Below, piece after piece: positions 56,564 through 64,000 of a stretch of DNA of 64,000 bases. How positions within the stretch are numbered: position 1 is the stretch's first letter; every line of letters begins with the position of its first letter. Made by a program: the position numbers and the translations under genes. Below the pieces are notes generated by a model. That model worked only from the letters and a program-made list of their open reading frames with translations, did no database searches and was not told where the DNA came from. The stretch lies in the NCBI GenBank assembly GCA_044354975.1, contig JBIKZA010000001.1, positions 11,094 through 75,093 on the forward strand. The letters run 5' to 3'. Source of the stretch: Flavobacteriales bacterium (GTDB lineage: Bacteria; Bacteroidota; Bacteroidia; Flavobacteriales_D; Sanyastnellaceae).

Positions 56564-57187
56564 TTATTCACCGCATATTTGCGGCGAATAGAACTGTTTT
56601 TCACCGCAAGAGGTTTGAAGCGAATAGTATTGACGAGTGTAAAAAATCGAAGAAATTACTCTCGTTTCTGAAATAAGAGTAATATTCACCCGCGAAATAT
56701 CCAATGCCGTTGTCCCACTATTCCTGACCACTTTCCTGGGATTTTGGTCGTAATCTTTCTGTTGAATATTTACGACGAAGTCTCCTTTTTGGAATTGCGT
56801 TTGGAAAAAGACCATTCCCTTAGCGTTGTTAATGATAAGATTCATGGTGTCGCGCCGATCTCTAATTATCTGAAGTCTTGCATGGTTTTTAATGGTTGAC
56901 GTGCAATAATAATTATCCATTGACAAACGCCGAAAGCCAACACTTGACTCACTCAAATCATTTATTCGATAGTTTTTAATTCGAAGTTTCTCTATTCGGG
57001 GACTGTGATGGATGAACTTTTTATCAATCACAACAGTGTCACCCTCGGTTACTTCAATAATACTGAAATATAAATATTCATTGCCAACAGGTTGGGCCTG
57101 TGCGACAAAGGCGAGAAGTAAAAACAAGAATGAAATCAGGTATTTCAAGCCTTTATGGCGGAGTTGAGAGTTTATCTTTCTCTCCAT
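56564..57187 (-). CDS. hypothetical secreted protein
   Basis: Signal-peptide-like LISFLFLLLAFVAQAQ; A+T-rich; no family recognised. Confidence 0.45.
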   Translation of the reverse strand: MERKINSQLRHKGLKYLISFLFLLLAFVAQAQPVGNEYLYFSIIEVTEGDTVVIDKKFIHHSPRIEKLRIKNYRINDLSESSVGFRRLSMDNYYCTSTIKNHARLQIIRDRRDTMNLIINNAKGMVFFQTQFQKGDFVVNIQQKDYDQNPRKVVRNSGTTALDISRVNITLISETRVISSIFYTRQYYSLQTSCGEKQFYSPQICGE

Positions 57188-57432
57188 TTGTTTTCAAGGC
57201 TCATGAAATCTTCAAGATGGTAAACAGCATCTGAATAGTTGAACAAGATTGTTCGATCATCTACAATTGTGTATTTCTTTCTTTGGGCTACTGAAAGTTT
57301 TTGAAGCTCTGGAAAATATTTCAGAGGTACAATGATTATCCTACCATCTTGAAGTTTTAAAGAGATTTTTCCAATTAAATCGAAATTCAATTTTTCAATA
57401 CAGATCGTAGAGTTTTGAAGTGGCGTTCCCAT
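57172..57432 (-). CDS. DUF2442-like small protein
   Basis: 86 aa; pattern ..LKLQDGRIIIVPLKYFPELQKLSVAQRKKYTI..; 16-nt overlap with the downstream ORF. Confidence 0.5.
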   Translation of the reverse strand: MGTPLQNSTICIEKLNFDLIGKISLKLQDGRIIIVPLKYFPELQKLSVAQRKKYTIVDDRTILFNYSDAVYHLEDFMSLENKWRER

Positions 57433-57470
57433 ATTATTTGAATATTCAACTTGTCAAGTTTTATTTTGAG

Positions 57471-57600
57471 GTTGCTTATAACGTTTGGCAGCTACCCGAA
57501 GGTGGCGATTTCGGAGCACTTAACTGTCACCAAGCACAAACTTTGATGGAAGCACATAGCTTGATTTAAACCCTGAGCCGCCACTTTTGGGTAGGTGCTG
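57471..57600 (+). repeat. structured inverted-repeat element, copy A (candidate ncRNA or MITE)
   Basis: 15-bp stem tacccgaaggtggcg/cgccacttttgggta plus cagc/gctg and tcgg/ctga extensions. All pairs are canonical or G:U on the plus strand. Confidence 0.6.
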
Positions 57601-57661
57601 TTAGCGTTTCGTTTGCTCAATATGTGTTGATTATTAACTGTTATTCAATTCTCAGAAATCC

Positions 57662-58648
57662 CTAAAAGGATCGAACTGCGCGTACCCTTTTGGGACTATT
57701 TTTGTTGTAACTGGCGTTTGCGTATGTAATACCTGAACCGAAATCCACTCCCCATGAAGAATCATTATCATATTCTGAACTACTCCAATAACCACTAGGA
57801 TTTAATACCGTAGCCCCAGGAATTTGTGAAAAAGTCATTGAAACATTAAAATAATTATTCCAAAGCATATTTAATTCTTGTATAGATGGCAAGTACCAAT
57901 CATTCTGACCACTGCTAGATGAATTCAAACATAAAACTGCAGCGCTACTTGTATGTCCGATTTGCGAAACAATAGAATTCGAGTTGCCTAATCCATTCCA
58001 ATAACTTTGAGCAGATAAACCTATTAAGGTGTTGTCAACATTACTCCATCCAGACGCTCCACTTAAATCATTTAAATCAACCACAAGTCCGTGTTCTGCT
58101 CCTGAATTATCTTTCCATAAATGGAAAATAACTCCTCCGCCAAATACTTCACCTATATAATGTACGAAACCTCCTACACCTGCTGGTCCTTGTGGACCCG
58201 TTGCGCCCTGTGGACCTGCTGCACCCTGAGGTCCTGACATGGAACTTCCAGAGTTTGCTGCATATAGTGCATATGGCACACTAAGTAATTGACTTGTGCC
58301 AGTTATACTGTAGCTTGATCCTCCCGATGGGTCTGTTTCTGTTTTTAAAAAATAAGGTCCGTTAGCCCAGTCAATTGTTGCGAAGTTACCCGAGACAACA
58401 GTTCCTCCACCAATTTCAATACTTACTAGACCATTGGTATTGGTTGTAGAGGTTTGAGTTTCCACGAAAATAGCAGTGCCACTTGGTGAAGTTTGTAAAA
58501 TGCTAATTCGCATTCCAACGGTAGAGCTTGTTACTAGTGCATTTGATGTATTACGAATTACTGCTTGATAGCTCATTTTGTTTGGTACTTGAGCAAAAAC
58601 ATTTGCAGTCATTAAAATTGCTGCACAAATTGTAATTATTCGTTTCAT
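57662..58648 (-). CDS. secreted protein with short collagen-like G-x-y run and C-terminal DUF1566 (Lcl-type) domain
   Basis: Signal peptide, GPQGAAGPQGATGPQGPAG, and a C-terminal ..DWYLPSIQELNMLW.. pattern. Confidence 0.7.
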   Translation of the reverse strand: MKRIITICAAILMTANVFAQVPNKMSYQAVIRNTSNALVTSSTVGMRISILQTSPSGTAIFVETQTSTTNTNGLVSIEIGGGTVVSGNFATIDWANGPYFLKTETDPSGGSSYSITGTSQLLSVPYALYAANSGSSMSGPQGAAGPQGATGPQGPAGVGGFVHYIGEVFGGGVIFHLWKDNSGAEHGLVVDLNDLSGASGWSNVDNTLIGLSAQSYWNGLGNSNSIVSQIGHTSSAAVLCLNSSSSGQNDWYLPSIQELNMLWNNYFNVSMTFSQIPGATVLNPSGYWSSSEYDNDSSWGVDFGSGITYANASYNKNSPKRVRAVRSF

Positions 58649-58654
58649 GATTTC

Positions 58655-59143
58655 TTAATTTTTAATGATTTTAAATGATTGAACTTTCTTGTTTTCTTGG
58701 TTTACAACATTTATGAAGTAAGTAGCTGCCGGTAAACTCGCGGTGTTTATTTGAGTTTGCTGAGCTGTTACTGGACCACTGGTTAACAATTTACCTTGCA
58801 AATCATAAAGCTGAAAGGCTAACTTCTCGTTGTTGTAATCGCTTATTTGCAAGGTTAAATTCTCTGAAGTCGGGTTTGGAAAAGTAATGAGCGAAAAGTT
58901 CAATGTTGTTTCCTCTATGCCTACAGTGAAAATTTCGTAAGCATGTTGAACACCTTGGGCTTGACTACCCGAACTACCTGTGTTGGTGGAGTATACTACC
59001 TGTCCGATACTGTATGCAACGGTTCCTCCGCTGCCTGTGGCATTTCCTCCACTGGCGTTTGCTGATTCCTGGGCTTGTGCCAAGCCTGCCCATAGCAATC
59101 CTGTTAATAGAAGTAAAATGGGTCTTGATTTGTTTTTAGTCAT
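58655..59143 (-). CDS. small secreted protein with T9SS C-terminal sorting domain
   Basis: Signal peptide, Gly/Ser-rich segment and a Por tail FPNPTSENLTLQI.. Confidence 0.75.
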   Translation of the reverse strand: MTKNKSRPILLLLTGLLWAGLAQAQESANASGGNATGSGGTVAYSIGQVVYSTNTGSSGSQAQGVQHAYEIFTVGIEETTLNFSLITFPNPTSENLTLQISDYNNEKLAFQLYDLQGKLLTSGPVTAQQTQINTASLPAATYFINVVNQENKKVQSFKIIKN

Positions 59144-59208
59144 TTTTTGTTTTACTTGTTAATACTCGCTTTTACTTGTTTTCTGGCTCGTTTCGGTTTT
59201 TACAATGA

Positions 59209-59343
59209 ACGCTAACGTTTTGCAGCTACAAGAAGTTGGCGATTTCGGAGACGAAAACTGTCTGCCACCACAGAACTTGATACGAAGCACAAAACTTCAT
59301 TTAACCACTGAACCGCCAATTTCTTGTAGGTGCTGTTATGTGT
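59209..59343 (+). repeat. structured inverted-repeat element, copy B
   Basis: Stem tacaagaagttggcg/cgccaatttcttgta. Shares gcagctac, ggcgatttcggag, aactgtc, gaagcaca, atttaa and gtaggtgctgtta blocks with copy A. Confidence 0.6.
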
Positions 59344-59360
59344 AGCCTTTCTTTGGTCGG

Positions 59361-59939
59361 CTAGTAAATACATACTTGTCCTTGTCCAATTGGTAAAACA
59401 GATGCAATAACGTCTTCCCTAACTTTGTTGTCGTAAAGTTTTTCAATTGCCCAGCCAACTAAGTCAACTGCTGCCAAACAACCTGCTGCTGTCCCAACAT
59501 TACCACGTGTTACCAAATGTTTGTCTTCAAGGACGTCAACGCCATAATTTTTCAAAGCTTCAAAGGCAGTCGGATAAGTTGTTGCGGAAAGTCCAGTTAG
59601 ATGTCCAAGTGCTGCAATTATTAAAGCACCAGAACACATTGAACAAATTATTTGTCGGCTTGGGTCAAGGTTAAAGCGTTTTAAATAAAGTTCGTCCTTG
59701 ATAACGTTTCTTGTCCCAGGTCCGCTACCAAAAAATACCAGGTCCGAATCATTGCATTCTTCAATAAGTCCGTGAGTTTTTAGGTCAAGCCCACATACAG
59801 ATTTATGGGTCGTTTCTGTCCCAACAATTTTTACTTGAAATTCTTTGTCACGAAATTTAACTCGGTTAAGTAAGTCCCAAGCTAAAAAAATATCAATGTC
59901 CGTGAACTTGTCAAATGCTACTATTACTGCTTTTTTCAT
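59361..59939 (-). CDS. DJ-1/PfpI family protein
   Basis: 192 aa; nucleophile-elbow Cys context IICSMCSGALIIA. Confidence 0.85.
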   Translation of the reverse strand: MKKAVIVAFDKFTDIDIFLAWDLLNRVKFRDKEFQVKIVGTETTHKSVCGLDLKTHGLIEECNDSDLVFFGSGPGTRNVIKDELYLKRFNLDPSRQIICSMCSGALIIAALGHLTGLSATTYPTAFEALKNYGVDVLEDKHLVTRGNVGTAAGCLAAVDLVGWAIEKLYDNKVREDVIASVLPIGQGQVCIY

Positions 59940-59973
59940 GTTATAATTGTCTGTTTTGTTGTCGTCATAAGGT

Positions 59974-60057
59974 TACACATAACTAGCTTATACGCGCTAC
60001 AAACGTGCCCAATACATGTCATTGTAGCGCGATAGGCGCAGGTTTGTTGCGGTTAGC
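59974..60057 (-). repeat. possible shortened, inverted relative of elements A/B
   Basis: tacacataac(t)agc matches the reverse complement of the B 3' end. ctacaa/ttgtagc and gttagc blocks are retained. 10-bp stem cgcgctacaa/ttgtagcgcg. Confidence 0.35.
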
Positions 60058-60121
60058 TAAAGGTAATAGTTTTATTTACAAATCGTCAAATGGTGACCGG
60101 ACTTGTCTAATTTGTATTGCC

Positions 60122-60175
60122 ATGCAACTCATTTTGCAAGGCTTGCAGAGTGAGTGTTCGGCGGAGTTACGCTAA
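60122..60175 (+). pseudogene. orphan copy of the last 17 codons plus stop of pheT
   Basis: Encodes MQLILQGLQSECSAELR*, against MQRILQGLQTECSAELR* at the end of the intact pheT. Confidence 0.75.
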
Positions 60176-61336
60176 AGAAATTTCTTTCGCAATCCCCCTC
60201 GCTTCCGCATCACTCGCAATCAACTCTTCCAACGAAGGCTTCGCGATGAACGTTGCTTTTTGAAGGGTCTTCTCAACGGTTTCGGCAATTTGAAGGAACT
60301 TGATTTCGTCGTTTAAGAAACGAGCAACAGCAATTTCATTTGCAGCATTCAAGATGCAAGGTGCATTGCCGCCTTGTTCCAAAGCTTCGAAAGCAAGACC
60401 CAAACAACGGAACACTTCAATGCGTGGCTTCTCAAAAGTAAACTGCGGATAATCCATGAAGTTGAATCGTGGCCAGTCTGTCTTTACACGCTGCGGATAA
60501 GCCATGGCGTATAAGATTGGCAATTTCATATCGGGTAATCCCAACTGCGCTTTCATGCTGCCGTCTTCAAACTGAACCAAGCTGTGAATAATGCTTTGCG
60601 GATGAACCACCACGTCTATTTGCGACGGCTTCAAATTGAATAACCACTTCGCTTCAATCACTTCCAACCCTTTGTTCATAAGGGTTGCAGAGTCAATGGT
60701 AATCTTCGCGCCCATGGTCCAATTCGGATGCTTCAACGCTTGCGCCTTCGTCACCTCTGCCAACTCTTCAGCAGGCTTTTGTCTGAACGGACCACCACTC
60801 GCGGTAAGAACAATCTTCTCAATAGGATTGTGCCACTCGCCAGCCAAACACTGGAAAATAGCGCTGTGCTCGCTGTCGACCGGATAAATATTCACCCCGT
60901 TTTCTTTCGCTAACTGCGTAATAATTTCTCCAGCAACTACCAAGGTTTCTTTGTTCGCGAGTGCAATGTTTTTCTTCGCAAGAATAGCGCGAACCGTTGG
61001 CGGAAGTCCCGCTGCGCCTACCAATGCGGTTAGCACAATGTCTATGCTGTCCATCTCTACAATCTGCTCCAACGCTTGCTTTCCCGCATACACCTTAATG
61101 TCTGTGGAAGCGAGACCTTCCTTCACTTCAGCGTATTTCGATTCGTCGGTAATGACAACGGCATTCGGATTGAATTTCAAGGCTTGCTGAATAAGCAGCG
61201 TGCTGTTGCTGTGCGCCGTTAACACTTCCACACAAAATTGATCGAGATGTTCTTGAATCACTTCAAGAGTTTGTGTACCTATGGAACCGGTTGAACCGAG
61301 AATAGCAATGTTTTTCAATGCGAATATTTTTTGCAA
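60167..61336 (-). CDS. dxr: 1-deoxy-D-xylulose 5-phosphate reductoisomerase
   Basis: 389 aa; ILGSTGSIG NADPH motif and Dxr signature throughout. TTG start at 61336, or alternatively TTG at 61318. Confidence 0.95.
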   Translation of the reverse strand: MQKIFALKNIAILGSTGSIGTQTLEVIQEHLDQFCVEVLTAHSNSTLLIQQALKFNPNAVVITDESKYAEVKEGLASTDIKVYAGKQALEQIVEMDSIDIVLTALVGAAGLPPTVRAILAKKNIALANKETLVVAGEIITQLAKENGVNIYPVDSEHSAIFQCLAGEWHNPIEKIVLTASGGPFRQKPAEELAEVTKAQALKHPNWTMGAKITIDSATLMNKGLEVIEAKWLFNLKPSQIDVVVHPQSIIHSLVQFEDGSMKAQLGLPDMKLPILYAMAYPQRVKTDWPRFNFMDYPQFTFEKPRIEVFRCLGLAFEALEQGGNAPCILNAANEIAVARFLNDEIKFLQIAETVEKTLQKATFIAKPSLEELIASDAEARGIAKEISLA

Positions 61337-61345
61337 ATTAAGAAT

Positions 61346-61377
61346 AAAAAAAGCCGCTTCATTGAAGCGGCTTTTTG
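61346..61377 (-). terminator. rho-independent terminator after tRNA-Gln
   Basis: aaaagccgcttc-aatg-gaagcggctttt hairpin followed by a T run on the minus strand. Confidence 0.8.
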
Positions 61378-61381
61378 ATCG

Positions 61382-61452
61382 TTGCCCGAACAGGATTCGA
61401 ACCTATATAAACTGCACCAAAAACAGTTGTCCTGCCATTAGACGATCGGGCA
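61382..61452 (-). tRNA. tRNA-Gln (anticodon TTG)
   Basis: Hand-folded cloverleaf: acceptor tgcccga/tcgggca, anticodon arm actgt-ttTTGgt-gcagt, T arm atagg-ttcgaat-cctgt. Confidence 0.85.
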
Positions 61453-61552
61453 ATCTCACTTCTCCTTCGAAAAGCGACTGCAAAATAAATACTTTCTTTT
61501 CATAACACCAAGTATTTTTCTGTTTCTATCTTCGTTTTATAATAATAAGCCT

Positions 61553-63001
61553 GTGATTTCACTTCAGAACTACATCAACGGAGAATTCGTTTCTGCCGTT
61601 TCGGGAAAGACCCTTGATAACGTAGATCCTTCTACCGGCAAGGTTTACAGCCTTATTCCGCGCAGCGAACAAGCCGATATAGATGCGGCAGTTACGGCCG
61701 CTGAAGGAGCCTTTCCTTCGTGGTCGAATCTTTCTGTAGAAAATCGCTCCGAGGTGCTTATTCGCCTTGCAGATCTTATAAAATCCAATTCTGAAGCCTT
61801 GGCGCAAGCCGAATCACTCGACAACGGAAAACCCATTTCGCTTTCTCGAGCAGTTGACATTCCGCGTGCTGAATCAAATATTCGCTTCTTTGCGACAGGT
61901 ATTTTGCACTTCGCTAGCGAGGCGCATCCGAATACTGAATACATTAACTACACCTTGCGCAAGCCCATTGGTGTTGTCGGATGTATTTCTCCCTGGAACC
62001 TTCCGTTGTACTTGTTCACTTGGAAAATAGCACCTGCTCTAGCTGCGGGAAACTGTGTGGTAGCCAAGCCTTCAGAGATTACTCCTTATACTGCTTATTT
62101 ATTTTCAAAACTTTGCGCTGAGGCCGGAATGCCTGCTGGAGTTTTGAATATTGTTCACGGATACGGCCCTGAAGCCGGAGAAGCCATTGTTCAGCACGAC
62201 GGGATTAAGGCCATTTCATTCACGGGCGGCACGGCAACCGGTGCCCACATTGCTTCAGTGGTAGCACCGAAGTTTAAAAAGATGTCGTTGGAGTTGGGTG
62301 GAAAAAATGCGAACATCATCTTCAACGATTGCGATTTCGATGAAGCGCTTTCAACCTCTGTTCGCACATCCTTCGCAAACCAAGGACAGATCTGTCTTTG
62401 CGGATCTCGCCTCTACGTGCAAAGCGGCATTTACGAAAAATTCAAGACGGCTTTAATCGAAAAAGTTTCGCGCATTGTTCCTGGAAATCCGTCCGAAGAC
62501 AAAACGAAAATGGGCGCTTTAGTGAGCGAACCACACCTGAATAAAGTGCTTTCTTTTGTTGAATTGGCGAAGCAAGAAGGCGGCACCGTTGTTTGCGGTG
62601 GTGAACGTGTTCTACTCGAAGGCGAAAACGCAGGCGGATACTTTATGCAGCCCACGATTATCGAGGGATTGAACGCTTCATGCAGAACCAATCAGGAAGA
62701 AATCTTTGGGCCAGTTATTACCCTTCAACCCTTCGAAACGGAAGAAGAAGTTCAAGCACTCGCGAACAGCACGAAATACGGATTAGCAGCGAGCATCTGG
62801 ACCACCAACGTTACCGTGGCGCACCGACTTGCTGGAAATCTTCAAACCGGAATTGTGTGGGTGAACTGTTGGTTGGAAAGGGACTTGCGCACACCTTTCG
62901 GCGGAGTGAAACAATCGGGCGTGGGCCGCGAAGGCGGATGGGAAGCACTTCGTTTCTTCACCGAAGCACAAAACGTATGTATTTCCATTCCGAAAAAATA
63001 A
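61553..63001 (+). CDS. NAD(P)-dependent aldehyde dehydrogenase
   Basis: 482 aa; ELGGKN and catalytic Cys context GQICLCGSR. GTG start. Confidence 0.92.
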   Translation: MISLQNYINGEFVSAVSGKTLDNVDPSTGKVYSLIPRSEQADIDAAVTAAEGAFPSWSNLSVENRSEVLIRLADLIKSNSEALAQAESLDNGKPISLSRAVDIPRAESNIRFFATGILHFASEAHPNTEYINYTLRKPIGVVGCISPWNLPLYLFTWKIAPALAAGNCVVAKPSEITPYTAYLFSKLCAEAGMPAGVLNIVHGYGPEAGEAIVQHDGIKAISFTGGTATGAHIASVVAPKFKKMSLELGGKNANIIFNDCDFDEALSTSVRTSFANQGQICLCGSRLYVQSGIYEKFKTALIEKVSRIVPGNPSEDKTKMGALVSEPHLNKVLSFVELAKQEGGTVVCGGERVLLEGENAGGYFMQPTIIEGLNASCRTNQEEIFGPVITLQPFETEEEVQALANSTKYGLAASIWTTNVTVAHRLAGNLQTGIVWVNCWLERDLRTPFGGVKQSGVGREGGWEALRFFTEAQNVCISIPKK

Positions 63002-63047
63002 GTGGCAAACAAATTCGTTTGTATCTTTCAATGCTGAAAAAAGTAGC

Positions 63048-64000
63048 ATGAACGCATACGAACAACTCATACAACGCTTAGACGACTTCATTCGGAAGTA
63101 CTACAAGAACCGCATGGCTCAGGGTCTTCTCTACGTAGCTGCGCTTTTCTTAGGGTTGTATTTGATTCTCGTTACTCTGGAATTTTTCGGCCACTTCGGT
63201 CCAACGGTTAGAACCTTTTTCTTCTTCGGATTTTTAGCATCTGCTGCTTACTTCTTCGTTTCGAGAATTGCATTGCCATTTTTTTCTATGTTGAAATTGG
63301 GCAAGCACATTTCCTATGAGCAAGCCGCTTCGATTATTGGAAGGCACTTCCCCGACGTTGACGATCGCTTGTTGAATACTCTTCAACTTCAATCACAACT
63401 CAACGAACATGCGGAAAGCAGTTTGCTTCAAGCGAGCATCGCACAGCGCATGCAATCGCTTCGTCCTGTACCGTTCACCGCAGCCATTGATGTGAAGAAG
63501 AACAAAAAATATTTGCGCTACTTGCTTCCTTTGGTGTGTGTTTTCGGGGTGTTGTTTTTAATTACGCCTTCCTTCATTCTGAAACCTACCGACCGTCTGC
63601 TGCGCTACAACGAGATCATTGAAGAGGAGGCGCCTTTCACCATGGACATGTTGAACGACACGCTAACTGCGATTGAAAACACAGACTACGAAGTGCGCAT
63701 GCAAGTGACAGGAAAAGAAATTCCTTCGCAGGTTTTCATTGAAGTAAACGGACAGAAATTTCAGATGGTGAAGAAGAGCAACATTGACTTTTCTTACACC
63801 CTTTCGAATGTGAAGGAAGATGCGGTGATTGTTTTCTATGGTGGAAAATTTCATAGCAATGGATATAACCTCGACGTGCTTCAAATGCCGAAGCTGACTC
63901 AGTTTCAGATCGAAGTGAATTATCCTAGTTACTTGAAAAAAGAAAACGCTGTAGTGAACAACACCGGCGATCTATTGGTTCCCGAAGGCACACAACTCAC
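63048..64000 (+). CDS. hypothetical membrane protein, N-terminal part (3' end beyond the window; resembles large DUF4175-type Bacteroidota proteins, unverified)
   Basis: Hand translation from ATG 63048 stays open to the window end (MNAYEQLIQRLDDFIRKYYKNRMAQG..) with two or three TM segments. Absent from the ORF track because no stop is reached. Confidence 0.6.
   Translation, partial: MNAYEQLIQRLDDFIRKYYKNRMAQGLLYVAALFLGLYLILVTLEFFGHFGPTVRTFFFFGFLASAAYFFVSRIALPFFSMLKLGKHISYEQAASIIGRHFPDVDDRLLNTLQLQSQLNEHAESSLLQASIAQRMQSLRPVPFTAAIDVKKNKKYLRYLLPLVCVFGVLFLITPSFILKPTDRLLRYNEIIEEEAPFTMDMLNDTLTAIENTDYEVRMQVTGKEIPSQVFIEVNGQKFQMVKKSNIDFSYTLSNVKEDAVIVFYGGKFHSNGYNLDVLQMPKLTQFQIEVNYPSYLKKENAVVNNTGDLLVPEGTQL

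Larger units (their letters stand above)
55417..60121. mobile_element. about 4.7-kb inserted segment bracketed by diverged direct copies of the pheT 3' end (candidate integrated island remnant; no integrase)
   Basis: 55363-55416 and 60122-60175 are 46/54 nt identical, both in frame and both ending in a stop codon. The right copy overlaps the dxr stop. All six internal genes are on the minus strand. Confidence 0.45.

Noticed and set aside
58170-58240. Collagen-like G-x-y DNA repeats considered as a tandem repeat element or true collagen domain
   Set aside because: There are only about six triplets, inside a confident CDS. That is too short for a stable triple helix, so it is treated as a linker.
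55417-60121. Search for an integrase, recombinase, transposase or tRNA target within or beside the inserted segment
   Set aside because: None of the six ORFs nor the gaps show recombinase motifs (no R..H..R..Y or DDE-like proteins). The segment is therefore called only a candidate island remnant.

Overview
This 64-kb chromosomal segment looks like a Bacteroidota (Flavobacteriia-type) genome. Six predicted secreted proteins carry T9SS sorting domains, there is a PorP/SprF gene, and TAnnTTTG -7 promoter boxes sit close to start codons. The backbone is housekeeping: tatA-gatA, exbB-exbD-exbD-tonB, rnhB, lptB, sod, mreBCD-mrdA-rodA, a hybrid kinase plus REC-PP2C regulator, thyA-folA, hemW, rlmN, ispG, purK, ddl, glyQS, purQ, rlmF, pheT, dxr and an aldehyde dehydrogenase. 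There are two tRNAs (Pro-GGG, Gln-TTG). I recognised no rRNA, CRISPR array, transposase or integrase.

Three things stand out.

1. At eight loci there are tandem arrays of a constant 3-6 nt linker alternating with variable perfect mini-hairpins. The arrays start on stop codons and are oriented with the gene they follow, so they flip orientation in the middle of convergent gene junctions. One four-unit copy sits in frame inside a cyclase-family CDS. I do not recognise this as a described repeat class.

2. A segment of about 4.7 kb (Fic, DUF2442-like, collagen-like/DUF1566, small T9SS cargo, DJ-1/PfpI) is bracketed by two diverged copies of the last 18 codons of pheT. The downstream copy still overlaps the dxr stop. 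This is an insertion signature with no integrase.

3. Inside that segment, two elements of about 130 nt share a long stem with three compensatory double substitutions, and a shorter inverted relative lies nearby. They are a candidate structured RNA or MITE.

All coordinates, folds and translations were worked out by eye. No similarity search or folding program was run, and domain names come from remembered family signatures.
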